64,000 nucleotides of DNA from Bigelowiella natans CCMP2755 (taxonomy: Eukaryota > Protista > Cercozoa). A model generated the notes under the pieces. That model did no database searches. It saw only the letters and a program-made list of their open reading frames with translations, and had not been told where the DNA came from. Shown in pieces: positions 24,327-37,695 of this stretch. The stretch lies in contig ADNK01003099.1 in the NCBI GenBank assembly GCA_000320545.1, forward strand, positions 22,121-86,120, given 5' to 3'. How positions within the stretch are numbered: position 1 is the stretch's first letter; each line of letters begins with the position of its first letter. A program made the position numbers and the translations under genes.

Positions 24327-24863
24327 TAGTACTATTTCGCTTCATAATAGCAGTGCCTGTGCATGCACGGCCATGTACACGCGTACATATCATATATCTG
24401 CTACACTATAGTATACACGTGCTAGGGTGTATATACATGTAATGTGTAAGTACACATGTGCGTATAATACGTCTGTACGAAGCAAATTAACAAAACTAGC
24501 AGCTACGTTATCCTGCTGAGAGTAGAACATACAGCATTGAATCCATAACAAGAAATGATGAATGAACAAGCAAGTGCATGTACACACGCCATGGTTACCA
24601 TGTAGCAGACGCAAGCATGTATCTAGACGGTTGCTTGCCAAGCAAGTAGCCACACATAGTGGGATGAAATTCATTTTCAAATCACAATTTTTCCATGAAA
24701 CACACGATTCACTGTGCAATCATGCATCGTCCTTCGGATCATGATCGGGCCCATTGATGGTGGAATCCGAACGTCACAAGCATGATGGCCTGTGGTGTGT
24801 CTTTTATTGCAACTGCACGTGTGCTGATAAGGGCTAGAGGGGAATGAAGCGACCGTGCATCCA

Positions 24864-26258
24864 TCATCGTTGCACAACCTTTTTATCGAATTCATTGAGT
24901 TGCTCGATGAATCCCTTGTTGGGGTCCACAATGGGTCTCTTTTCACGAACTAATGCAAGTATAAGTAATCGAAACTTCCAAGTGTTGCTACATCATGGAT
25001 GCGCGCCATCTGTGGTGTCGGCAATCTTGGCAAATTCATGCTGTCACGTGGACAATGCACAGAGGAAGATGCCACGTGCGATGCATGTGGCATCCTGAAG
25101 GACATGGATCATCTCCTGCAATGTCCAATGCATGGTCGAGAACAAATCAGATTGCGCAATCAAATGCGCGCGATCATGAATCGCAACGACGACACGAACC
25201 GGTTGACAAAGGCTGAAATTGAATCCAGAACTGCTGCGCGCAGTGCGCGGCAACATCGGTCGCATGAGGACGCTTTCAAATGCATGAAACACATTGTGGC
25301 AGAAACCAACAGATGCAACATTAGCGCTGTAGCCGCTGCATTGCACAGCTACATCAGGATGACCATTGAAAAAATTTGATTCTTCATCACATCCGTCTCA
25401 TAAGTAATCGTTCGTATGGCTAATAGAATGGATCAAATAACATTAATATTGGAAAATAAGAGCGTGAGTTAGGTTTCACATACCAAACTCAAGGGCTTCC
25501 TGTGCGCTGAGATTTTTCGTCTCCATCAGCCAAGCGCACACAACTGTCACTGATCGAGACACTCCCTATTAGGAAAGTAATAAAAGTGCCTGTTAATGCG
25601 GACTTCAGACTGCTTAGTGCCACACGAACCTGATGGCAGTGTATTAATATGCTTGGAAATTGACCGCGAGCTTTATCTCCAGTGGTTTCTAGCAGATTCG
25701 ATCTGTGATAAGCTGATCTTGCAGCTTTGATGAAATTGAAGCAAGCAGGAAAATGCATGATCAAGTTCTCGTGTTCATGGTCCTCCACCTCGATGACCTT
25801 GTAAGAAAACTCGGCCGGGAAGTAACAAGGGACATTGTCGCTAACATTAAGAATCCACCTTTACACAAAAGGATTGTCAACAGCACTTCTAAGTTCCTCA
25901 AATCATGTTTTTACTCGACTCTGTGTTGTATCAGAAGCTCGTGACTCGCCGCAGCTTTCTCGCCCCCCAGCAGTAGGTATGGAAGGATCTTCGAAACCTG
26001 CGGTTCTGAGAATGCAGCAAGTGTTTAGATCCATTACGAGCTGGCTAAGCTGTAACGGGGTAGTAGAAAACCTTTTTGCTCTCCCGATTGAATGTTGTCC
26101 AAGACTCTCTGACGTCGTTCTTCAAGTCTTCGTGTTTTATCCTCTTCACTCCGAGCCTTCTCCCTTCGCCGCTTCTGGAGTGCTTCCAAATACTCAGTAC
26201 GAACTCGTTCGACTTCTCTATCAAGATCGGACATGAATAAAGACATACATCCCCCCAT
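24864..26258 (-). CDS. Dual-specificity protein phosphatase (DUSP family), about 5 exons
   Basis: Spliced: MGGCMS..coiled coil../EPQVSKILPYLLLGGEKAA../WILNVSDNVPCYFP..IEVED..HFPACFNFI..ILIHCHQ/GVSRSVTVVCAWLM..AQEALEF/VREKRPIVDPNKGFIEQL. Canonical HCxxGxSRS and RPxxxPNxGF motifs. Confidence 0.92.
24972..25399 (+). mobile_element. 5'-truncated non-LTR retrotransposon (LINE) fragment, antisense in the last DUSP intron, with 11-bp TSD
   Basis: Encodes an ORF2 C-terminal CCHC (zf-RVT-like) motif CDACGILKDMDHLLQCP. Flanked by ATAAGTAATCG at 24961-24971 and 25400-25410. Lies inside intron 24950-25483. Confidence 0.85.
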
Positions 26259-26569
26259 TCACAAATAGGCTCCGGTTTGGTGATAGGGAGGGGCGTCTGG
26301 GGCGGGGGAAGAAAGATCGTCACGTTCTATGAATACTCGAACAATCGCTGCAACATAAGCAACAACATGTACTATTTTCGGACAGAAATTTACATGAAAA
26401 ACATCCACGGCTCATTGCCGCGCATTTTTGGCACTGATCGATAGGCAATAATTCCCATGATTCCTATCCTGCGACATCATCTAAGCATTGTCGCAATTAA
26501 CTTTTGACAGATTCTTTCACAACATCTTCGCCTCGGCTACCCACTCAACGAAAACGTGTCGGGCGGACC

Positions 26570-27786
26570 ATGGCATTTGCTAGAGCAGCATTGCGCCTAC
26601 GCAGGTCCCTAGCCTCATCGCCATCGTCTGGTTGCAACCTTTCTCTTTCACGGAGGGGGAGAAGGAGGAGAATGGGGAGAGAAATACCGTTTTCGACGAA
26701 ACCGAGTCCGCCTAGTATGCCGGCCGGAGTGGAGATGAGCTCATCATCATCATCTTCGCCCTCATTTTCTGCTAAAGATATTAAGCAGAAAGTGGAGTAT
26801 GCTCGATCCAAAAGGGAAGAGCAGGGTATCCGTCTCACCAAACTAGAAGATAGGCTGGCAGATTTCCTCGAAATGTGTTTCTTCGTACGCGACGCAGAAG
26901 CATTCCGAGAGCTGCAAAAGTTTCGAGACCGCATGAGGGGGTCATGTCTCGTAATGGATGATAGAAGAGTCTTAGAAAAGCTGCATAAGGCGTATATAGC
27001 GACTTGTGGGTTGAATGGAGAGTTTGAACTCGCCAGCAGGGGCTTTTTCGTGATGACGGCAGAGGTACAAGCATCGATTGGTGAAACACTTTCCCCAGCA
27101 GCCCTTAAACGAACAAATTGCTTTGATTTTCAGGACAATATTAGAGCAGAAAGCGATGTTTTCAGAACGATAATAAACTCTTGTTTACGCTCTCATGGTG
27201 GGAGGGTTCCGAAACCGGACCTAGCTGACGAATGGGTGAAGCTAGCAACAACCTCATTTGACTGCAAGCTTCCCAAGGTAGGAATGAATAGTGCCATTGC
27301 TTCATCAATGATTGGGGACTTGATATCCTTAATCAAAAGACGAAGCTATAACCCACTCGGACTCATTGTCTGCTGCCTTACGTAGGAAAGTTACGAGAAG
27401 GTATTACGGGGACTAGCGCTCATAAAAGTCTCGAAACAAGTAAGAAAGAAATGTACTGCCAACTCCACGTGATGTGGGTGGTAAATATGCTACTAGTAAT
27501 ACATCAACGCTAAAAAATCCACTGCTAGATCATTTTCGGCTTCCTGAGCACACTGCTATTCCGTTTTGGTAACCTCTTCGATCGTACCCTAGAATCACGA
27601 TGCGTGGGTGGCACGAGTGAGAGAATACGTGCAAACGCTACTGCAAAACCAATTGAGACGGCAGGTCAGTCAGTCATCTTATATTAGCGAACTAGATAAT
27701 CCACAAACGACTAATCATACAGCTACTTATACTACGGCTACTGCCTCCTTCGGTGCCATTGTTTCTCAAACGACGTCGTCTGTTGG

Positions 27787-27829
<43 letters not shown>

Positions 27830-29435
27830 TATCAGACTGTATCACGACTTCTGGAGAATATCATCCGGTAAGTACAGTACGACTACATGTTATTGGCATA
27901 TTCATTAGGGTAAAAACGTGCCTGGAGCAAAACAACGGAACACTTGGAAATTCGCAAAAATAAAATGTGTCCGCCCTCTCCTATTCCCCTCATTCCATCT
28001 TTGTGACTACAACTAAGATGTGGGATCGATCCCTCTGGACTACTGGACGACGTGCTAGCAACACCTCCCAAGGCTGGCGTCAAAGACTACAAGCTTAAGA
28101 AAAATCACTGGACGCGGGTATGTGCCGTGCGAAAAAGAAGAAGAAGAAGCAAAAGACGCTGTGTGCGTTTGGCTGATACTGTGTTAAACGACGACGACTT
28201 TTGAGATAATTAACCCTACTGTCATCATCAGAGCGTGAATATGCTCGCAGAGGCATACGCTAGGGCGGGCAGTCTCGATAAGTCTCGGATGTGGGCAGAG
28301 AAGCTAGATAGTAAGCAAGTGTGGAAAACAACAGGCACCACCGAACCACCCTCTCTGCCTCTGCTGTCACCTGCGACATCGTGAAAATACACTTGCTCTT
28401 ATGCTTATCTACTACTGCCGATTATAATAATAATATAATAATAATAATTACGATAATGATCATGATGATGGTGATGACGATGTTTCTCAGGAAGTTAAAG
28501 ATTTCGTTGTCTTCAGCGTCATCAACACGCTGTGCAGGAGAGGAGAGGTACACCGTATTCATCACCCCTTCTGTTTTCCACACACCCCTTTCTTCGCGGA
28601 AGCTTGAGCATTCTCTTACTGAAGAAGGGCGTCGCGGAAATATTTGTCAGATGGAGAAAGCATACGTGCATTGGGAGACGGCGAAGAAGGAGCATGATGG
28701 TGATCGCAAGAAGGAGGGAGGCGAGGGGGGGGGGCACAACCAAGCAAAGCAGCTGATATCGGAGATCAGATTCAACGTCGAAATGATAAAAGGGTATTTA
28801 AATCGCTTCTACACTGAGAGTGATAAGTCCTCATGGAAGAGATTGGACGAGTATGATGACGTGAAGATGGCAAAGACGGTACTTTTGAAGATAATTAACC
28901 TTGCTACCCATCATACCGTTCCCCCCCCACCTGCCGCTTCAACCGACCGAAGCTCCACCGCTAGCATAAGAAGTACCCAGGAGGGGGGTGGCCCTGACGA
29001 TTCGTCGTTACTTCAAGAATCGGAAAGACAAACTGTGCACCGACTAGTAACAAGGTGCTGCTTTCATGGGAAAGTGGCGAAACAAGAAGAAGAAGAAGAA
29101 AAGAAAAAGAAAAAGAAGAAGTAGATATAGAGACGATGAACGAAGGAACTTAGAGAGCAAAGGGAGACGACGCAGAAGTAGAGGGTAGGGACGAGGGTAA
29201 GAAAAGGGGGTCAGGAGGAGGCCCATGGCGAGCTGTTTGTAGCGATGATGCGAATAATAATAGCGACCAACAATAGGAGTGTGGAAGGCCTTTTCCGATT
29301 GCTGGCAAAGAAAGGAATGGTGCGCGAAATGGACGAATGGCTGGATATGATGAAGCCTCTCAAGTAGCCTTTGAACCCCTCACTTCCTAGCAAGGATGCA
29401 AACACACCATTTCGCTACATACCTGCAACATATAA

Positions 29436-29473
<38 letters not shown>

Positions 29474-29509
29474 TATATGTATGAATTCATTACATCCGTC
29501 TCATATGTA

Positions 29510-29554
<45 letters not shown>

Positions 29555-31843
29555 TATATTTATATTATATTGTGATATCTGCCCTGAATTGGCCATCTTT
29601 TATGGAATACTGACGGGTCGCCTTCCTCTTTCCCTGCTATGGATTATTCTATGGCCTTAGGATGGAGATCAGCAGTACCACCTTCAAGTACATTCTTCTA
29701 GCATTAGTGAGAGCATCTGAAGTAGTCTCAGGAGGAGGAAGAGGAGGAGGAGGGGCGGCGGGGGGGGGGGGGGATACAGAGGAGAAAGGCGAGCGTAGAG
29801 ATCAACTCGAGGTCTTCGCCGACAAGGCTCTCAAATGGAAGGCGCTCAGGGAAGACCAAGGGTGAGAAGAAGATGTATTGCTTTATTATGAGCATGCACA
29901 ACACATACACACTCAAGAGGCTGAGGCCATAGTTTTTAGATACGAACATCAAAGGACGGCGAAGGTGGTAAAATTCGCTGTAACTCTCACACCGTCGTTA
30001 TCATCATCATCTTCATCATCATCACCATCATCATCACCATCATCATCACGTTACTATGTCTGCTGCCTTCAGAGCGGCGATCAGTGCGGGGAACTTCAGT
30101 AATATGGTGATAGTGCAGATAAAGGCCTCGCGGCTAGACAAGGCTCAGCAGCTAATACTGGAGATGGAGAAGGTGGTATTGCTCACCTTCCACGGATGGT
30201 GATCTTGCTGCTATTTTTGAAATAAATATGGCTTGATTGTCGATGTCTTTTCTTATCTCTTTAACAAAGTCTTCCCCCCCCCCCACACTCCCTTCTCGTT
30301 GTTTTTTGCTCTGTATTTCTAGAAAGGGCTGCAGCCCACCAAGCAAGTTCTGTTTGAGCTAGCTTTCCGGTGGGTGGCCAAAGATGCACTCACAAGGGGA
30401 GGGGAGTGGAGGGGGGGGGGGGGGGGGGGGTATATCGAGGGAGAGACAATAAGAAGTACGTACACTTATGGAAGAGATAATGGCGTAAAGGAAGAGATGG
30501 CAGGGCTATTTGAATTCCATCAAAGGAAGAATTGCCTGGATGTGTCGTTGGGGTACAAAGGAGGATGATGCTCAAGATTATATGTTCTTAATAAACACTA
30601 AAGCTGCTGCTGCTGCCACCGCATGTAGGCACTATGAATTGGGAGATCATGAGACCGCGAAATTGGTAATATTAGGTGCTGAGAGAACAGTGGGTGATAG
30701 TGAGGGGAGAGAATGAAGGCACAGTATTAGATACTCACATAGAAGGGGCGGAGCAGCCCATTTTGGTGTTTTTCCCGCCTCGTGATGAACGTTGGTAAAT
30801 ACTGGTTACGTTCAGTGTTTGGAAGAAATGCACAAGTTAGCCGGGCGAGTCGATAACAAGGTACTCGCACAGGAAGGGCCTCCTCCTCCTCCTCTTTCTC
30901 CTCCTCCTCATTCAAAACAGCAATCTCAGCATATTCTCTGATGTATATTCGTGCAAGGATTCTGCTACCATCAGTATCATCATCATCATCATTATCATCA
31001 TCATTGTCATTATCATCATCATCATCATCATCGTCACTATCATCCTCAGGGTGTGAGCCAAGGCTTTACAGATCTTCTACGCACAGTAGCAGACAGCCAC
31101 TATCTTCATCATACACGAAACTTCCGAGAGTAAGTGTTTCGTGCATGATAGAAAAGAAGGGGGGGGTGGGGGGGGGTGAATAAAAGGAAGGACAACCATA
31201 TATCTAGTCACAGGGTCCATATTCATCGAAAATTGAATAAGAGAATTGTTTCTTTTTTCCTTCGTTCAGGTACAACACGCTCATCACAGACGCAGCGAGG
31301 GAGGTAGTGAAGAAGAAGAAGAAGAAGAAGAAGAAGAAGAAGAGGAAGATAGGCAACCTCTTGATGAAAAGGGGACACGATAACATCGATAATAAGAATA
31401 GCAGTCACCATCGTGATAAACATGATGATAACGGCCACTACTTTGAGTAATATGGGGCTAGACGCTGTCATTGAGAATGGTTTTATCTCTCCATCTCTAC
31501 CCCCCCCCCCCCCCCTCTCGTAATCAAACATGTGCACGCGCCCAATCAATGCACCCGCATGCCATTTGTCATCGCCTATACCATAATTTTTCGCACGTTA
31601 CGATGCTGCCTCCTCTCCATCCGTTTGCCCTCACCCACCGACATGGACAACTACACAGGGGGGGGTGGAGGAGGTCTTGGAATGGGTGGAAGAGATGCGG
31701 TACCGAGGCCAGGAACCAAACGCCAAGACGTACAACGGCATTCTAAGCTCTTACATGAATCGAGATGACCTTCCTATGGTGCTGGAGATCTTCCAAGCTA
31801 TGCAGGTGGCTCGTTGTATTGCATCGCTGCTCTGCTTAAATCT

Positions 31844-31887
<44 letters not shown>

Positions 31888-32177
31888 GGTCGCAATAAAT
31901 CGATGCTCATGCGCTCCCCCCCCCCTCCCCCCCGCTGCCTTGGTTAGGATGAGGAGGGAATAACACCTGACAAAGCAACTTACTCTATTTTGATGACGGC
32001 CTACGCTAATGGAGGGCTTCTTCTTGAGGCAGAGGGCCTATTGAGTGCGTTGGAGATTAGATAAAGAAGACCAAGAAGAAGACGATGATGATGATAATGA
32101 TGATTATGATGATGAGAAAATGAAGGGTGATGAAAATAATGATTTGAGGTGTCTTCTCATGATCTGGGAGCTTGGAG

Positions 32178-32224
<47 letters not shown>

Positions 32225-32423
32225 TAACACTCAATAATGAAGTATATAAAGTATACATATTTCATCGGTCAAACCTCTAGCCGTGCCACTTTTTCTTCTT
32301 TTTCTTCTTCTTTTTCTTCTTCTTCTTCTTCTTCTTCTTCTTCTTCTTCTTCCCTTACTCTTGCTCCCCACCCTCCTCCACGCAACACCATCCGTTGATA
32401 AGGGTGATAAATAATAAATAAAT

Positions 32424-32454
<31 letters not shown>

Positions 32455-33082
32455 CCAGAAACGATGAAGGAGAAGCACGGAATTCAATCCAACCTGTTTC
32501 ACTACGCTACTCTGATCAACGCACATGCCAAGAACTTGGATGAGAAGGTGCCTCTTCTGGTGCTAGAAGGACGAGTGGGGAGGGTGGGGGTTATGGGATG
32601 TTAGGTAGGAGGAGCTCTTGCCGCTTTCAAATGCGTGTTTCGTACTCGTTGTTGTTGTTGTTGTTGTTTCATTCAATTACGGCTCTCACAATCAGGAAAT
32701 CTCGAGAATCATGGAAACGATCAACGACGCGGGATTGGACGCTGCTGATGACAAGGTTGTGTTTACGTGCATCATTGACAACTGCGCGAAAAGGTTTTAC
32801 GATGCGGAGGCTCTCCCGATGGCGGAGAGGTGGTTCAGGAAGATGCTCGACTACGACGTGCCAGCCGACCGCCAAACGTACAACGCAATGCTCTTTTTGT
32901 CCAAGTACCGCGATTTGGAAAAATTCGTATTCTACGCGAAAATGATGGCAGACGATGAAAACGTTGAAATGAATAACCCAAAAACCACCAAACACCTGAA
33001 GGACGTTGCTGGAAGATCCGAGATAAGCCCGCAGGTAAGTAGCCAGTTATCAAGGATTATTAATAGTCAATGCCAGCAATAA
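26570..33082 (+). CDS. Pentatricopeptide repeat (PPR) protein, probably organelle (mitochondrion) targeted, many introns
   Basis: Arg/Ser-rich N-terminus MAFARAALRLRRSLASSPSS. PPR motifs: EEMRYRGQEPNAKTYNGILSSY, GITPDKATYSILMTAYANGG, HGIQSNLFHYATLINAHAK, KMLDYDVPADRQTYNAML. 3' end uncertain (donor-like site at ~33034). Confidence 0.88.
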
Positions 33083-33267
33083 ATTACTGTTGTTTCTGCG
33101 AATATTAATGGTCAGTTTGTAATAATGCGATGGCAGTACACACGTAGAATGCAGCATGCAAGCATGCATGGATGGATGGATGGGCGCATGGTTTGCATTG
33201 CTAGATTGGCTCACCAGCGTACTAAGCAAACGGTCTTTTTATGCGCAAATGCTGACGCAACAGGGAA

Positions 33268-33335
33268 TGGCCGCAGCTTTGCATAGCTACATGATAGGGT
33301 GACAATTGAAAAATGTTCGCATGTTCACTACATCA
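33268..33335 (+). mobile_element. Short second remnant of the same LINE 3' end
   Basis: GCCGCAGCTTTGCATAGCTACATGATAGGGTGACAATTGAAAAA aligns with GCCGCTGCATTGCACAGCTACATCAGGATGACCATTGAAAAA at ~25332-25373. Confidence 0.7.
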
Positions 33336-33717
33336 TTTTTTACATACGCGTGGGCTTGCTAGCTTGCATAAATAGTGATAGTGACTCGTATCTCACTTAC
33401 GCTGGAGGGTCTGATTGCACGTCCTAGCGTCTGCTGCAGGTTCTTCATTACTGCACGTTGCGCAAATTGAAGGCATGCTACAATGACGTGCATAATGCAG
33501 TTTGCCAATGCCTATTATGGCTAAGATGTAGCGATGCATTGGTGTACACAGATGAAGCTTAGATTCACCCCGGGAGGATTTGCATGCTATGATACTAGGA
33601 CATATAGCACGTACCCATCTAGCCATACACAAAGAGTCCATTTGATTATCAATTAGAATGGCTGCTGCAAAATATCACAGCTCATCCTACTGCATCATGG
33701 CTGACTGAATTCCTTTC

Positions 33718-34328
33718 TCAAAGCTTCGATCTAGTGCACGTGCTACTCTTCGATTTTCCGACGTACAACATCTTCTCCAATTCACGACGGGTGAAACTGC
33801 ATTCATAGACCTTCCACTTAGAGCCGAGGACCTCGAGTATTTCTGGTATATCATCACCTGAGACACCATCTAATTCATCACGTATCCTCTTCTATTCTTA
33901 CCGAGCAAAAAGCCGCTTAAAACACACATGCTCTGCCTACTAACAAATACACACGGGTGCGAAACGCGTATGTGATTCAGCTCATATTTATAGCACTATC
34001 ATCAAAGCATGGTTGGTATGATTGACTTCGACTATCGAGGAAATGAGCATCGTTTGGGTTGATAAGCTGTTTTCCTTCCTTCCAGGGAAGTGTTGATTTC
34101 TTTATTTTCCAAGAAGCTCTCCCGCTACCTATTAGAGCCGATGATGGAGAATGCGAGGGATTAGTATTTGTTTCATATTTAAATGCCATTGGAAGTTATG
34201 TTCTTAACTGTCGTAAACTTCTCCATAAGAACCTTCCAAGTCTAGCATATGAATCATTTTCGCTCGATCTTCCTGTGTGGTTTAGAGAGGGGTCATGGCT
34301 ATCAAAGTCCCAACTCATATAATCCGCC

Positions 34329-34394
<66 letters not shown>

Positions 34395-35709
34395 CAATAG
34401 CATTTGAGTGGTTGTATAAATCCTTAAATCAGCTCACTTTTTTGGCTTATTCTCAGAACTGCCTTGCACGCATAATTCGTTTTTACACATTTCTGAGATC
34501 ATTTGTTTCCCGCTGGATGTTCGTATTCTCTCGTACCCTCTCATATGCAGCATCGACCAGATTCGCGCACCCGCCCGCCCTCAACCTGCTCCCGAATTCA
34601 GGAAGAGGATGGGCCCTGGAGAGAGGGGGGGGGCAGAATTGAGGCAAACGAAACGGAATGAATGAGTGAGCGAGAAATTATGTTTAACACAGTTGGGAAT
34701 GAGGAACATCAACCCCCACCTATCTCTAGCATACGCGAAGTGGTTTCCTACGATTACGAGCAACGACTCGTGGCCCTGAAGCAATGGCCAGAAAATGTAA
34801 ATGCTGCTGACGCAGTTTGGGAATAGATCTGAGCAGAGGAAACAGATAACCAGCGCCCCCAAGCCCGCCGTTTTCTTCCATTTTTTCATAGAGGCGGTGT
34901 GATGTGTTGATACTACCGTTGTGTCGCCCCCAGCATTTTCTGTGATACGACGCAGGGCGAGGTACGGTCCTTTACCCTGCACAAACAGCATCTGATAAAT
35001 CCTCTTCCTTCATCGTAACACGGCCATCCTTCAATATCTAGAAGGAGCAGAAACAGCTGTAGCGTACATTTGGATATAAAGCCCAGCGTTCCATGTAGAC
35101 AGCCTGGGGAAGGGGGGAGGAGAAGGTGTAAGGCGGTGGTGATGATGATGTATGGCGAAGACGCAAGATCAGCTTTTTCAGGTGAAGAAATAGGATTAGG
35201 TAATAAAGGGCCAACAGACCCCATCAACACCACTCACACAAGGGGAAGGGGAGGAAGCTACACTTAAAAACACAGCGACATGGCAGGACCTGCTGCTGCG
35301 AGTCAAGAGCAACACTGAATTCCTTGAATGATGTTCCATCGTCCTTTAGCTAGATGAGAAGAGAATGGGCAGGTTATTAGGAGGGCAACTCGCTCATATC
35401 AACTCGATGAGCACACTTTGTTGTCATCACCTCTATCCTCCAACGATTCGGCCTTGCCCTAGGAAATCTGCCGATGTGATGTATGCACACATGATATGAA
35501 AGAGGACGCAGCGCGTGAGGGAAACGCTATTCGAAACATTCCGTGAGGAGAAAAACGGCAGCAGCCAGCGGCACATCTACGATAGATTTCCACTACTACA
35601 CAATCAGAAAATTGGGACGATGTTTTTACTTAGGATGATAGTTCCAGTCAATAGCGTGATGCCTGCAACGTATCGAGAAAGAGATTGAGTAAAGACAAAT
35701 TAGCGTTGG

Positions 35710-35741
<32 letters not shown>

Positions 35742-36961
35742 TGTCATCATCGACATGATAATTATCATCCGTGTTTTTCATGATCGCTAATCTTCTATCC
35801 TACACCTCGTAGCGACAGGCGCTGCAGATTTCGCATCCTTTGGCTCTATCTTTGTGTATCCTGTTTGCCATACATTATCAGCTCACCGTCAGAATGTAAA
35901 GCGCAATCGATGGGACGCATTGCCTGCCCCATTGTATCACGGCGGAGTCGCAAAATGTGCCGAAATGTTTAAATACGAGGCGATGCGTAAACGTAGTCAC
36001 TCTGCTACCTGCAAATGTATGCTGACGGGCAAGGCAGCGCAGCTCATCCATCTAAATATTGAGGGGAGGGGAAATCGAAGATGGTTTTATTCTCCAAAAC
36101 TACCCCCGTCATTCTCATCACCACAAGCAAACACTACCGTGAGCTCCTTGAAGCCGCTCTTTGCACGCAAATATTCTGGCCTCTTCAAAGGAAACCGAAT
36201 GTCGATGAATAGGCTCCTAAGAAGAAGAAGAAGACGCGAGGCAATGGATCTGGTTAATTGGGTTTTGAGTCGCCTCTAGAAGTGAGAAAGCTTTCCTTAC
36301 GGTGACTGTAGGTTGAACACTATAGTGTCGGCTTCAGTCGACTCCTGTATAGAAAAGGCTCAAACAATAAAGAACACGACTACACGGCAGTAACCGTACA
36401 AACAAAGGGCCGATTCCATAATATACACAATGATTTCGTTTGCCTGTGGGTCAAAAGGTAGTACCTTCCAACCACCTGCGAATAACGGTCTTCTCCAAGC
36501 TCCCACTAAGTCTTCGTTGCGGTATCCATCTGTGTGCCATTTATCGTATCTGAAAACCGCGTGAGAGACTGATTCAGCGCTGAAGGCAAGTTGATAACAA
36601 GGCAAAGATAGACAGAGAGAGAAGAGAGAGAATAATTCGCAAAGTCTCCCTTATGTCGCACCCCATTTCATAAAAACAACCACAGCCGACAGCACACCCA
36701 GAAATTAAGAACCATTTTTTGTACGTTTCTGAGGTTATTCTGGCCGTTTTCAGGTAATGTGGTAGATCTTCCGGAGCATTATAATCACGCCCTTCGACGA
36801 AGAATTTGTTCAGCTTGCCCCCTCCTGTAAGGATATGGCCCTGTGTTGCGCTAAGTAATTATATTTTTTTCAGAATATGGAGAGGGGAAGTAATTGAGAT
36901 CTATCTCACTTCCAGTCAAGAAGCTGTGGGTCTTTGACTCCTTTATCTCCTGAGCATGCAT

Positions 36962-36992
<31 letters not shown>

Positions 36993-37470
36993 CACAGATA
37001 TCCATGTTTGTTCGTGTTTATGTATATTAACATTGTGCATTTTATATACTCACGTACTTTTTGTTTGCTTTTTGCAACATAATTATTACTGACAATGCAC
37101 AAATACACACACACGCACACACACATTCGCATATCCATGTAAAAGCGTGCATATATATTAACATACACATATATATTTATTCATTTGTAATTTACAAGTA
37201 TATCAGATTAGAAAATATGAAAGAAGCCATTATTTACAAGCGCAATTTTCAAATCCCACAGAAAAAGATCGACAGAACGATGCACGATGAGCACGGGAGG
37301 GGGTGTCTACGTGGCATGGTTTTTTGGGTTCCGAAAGTACGGGACTATATCGGAACCCAAAGGTGGGATGATTGGTTTAAAGTCACGCTGATTAAACGCA
37401 AAAATACCGCATATTTCATGCCGCAAGTGGTAAATTCCATGGGGAAACTTCGGAAAATTGTTACAATCCG
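33718..37470 (-). CDS. HRI1-like protein, many short exons (5' end unresolved)
   Basis: Spliced reading: LVGAWRRPLFAGGWK/ESTEADTIVFNLQSP/SLFIDIRFP../MDELRCLARQHTFA/GYTKIEP..ATR/HHAIDWNYHP/FPRARPNRWRIE/..FKEFS../AVYMERW../ESLLVIVGNHFAYARDR. The motif pattern resembles the HRI1 family as I recall it. Confidence 0.65.
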
Positions 37471-37695
37471 CTGCGAGGAAATGCGAGTGGATTTATTCAT
37501 AACGACAATCATATATTTGTTGTCGTAGATGTCAACAGGCCCTTTCTCCTGACCCAAAAGAGAGGGCAGCAGGCAAGTGCTCTTTGGTGCTCAGCAAGAG
37601 TACCAACGCCTACTTTTCCTCAACCCCCCTCGTGTACACACTCGCATTTCCGAGCCGCTGCTTTATTGTGTGCTTCTCCTCTGCACGCGTATGTG

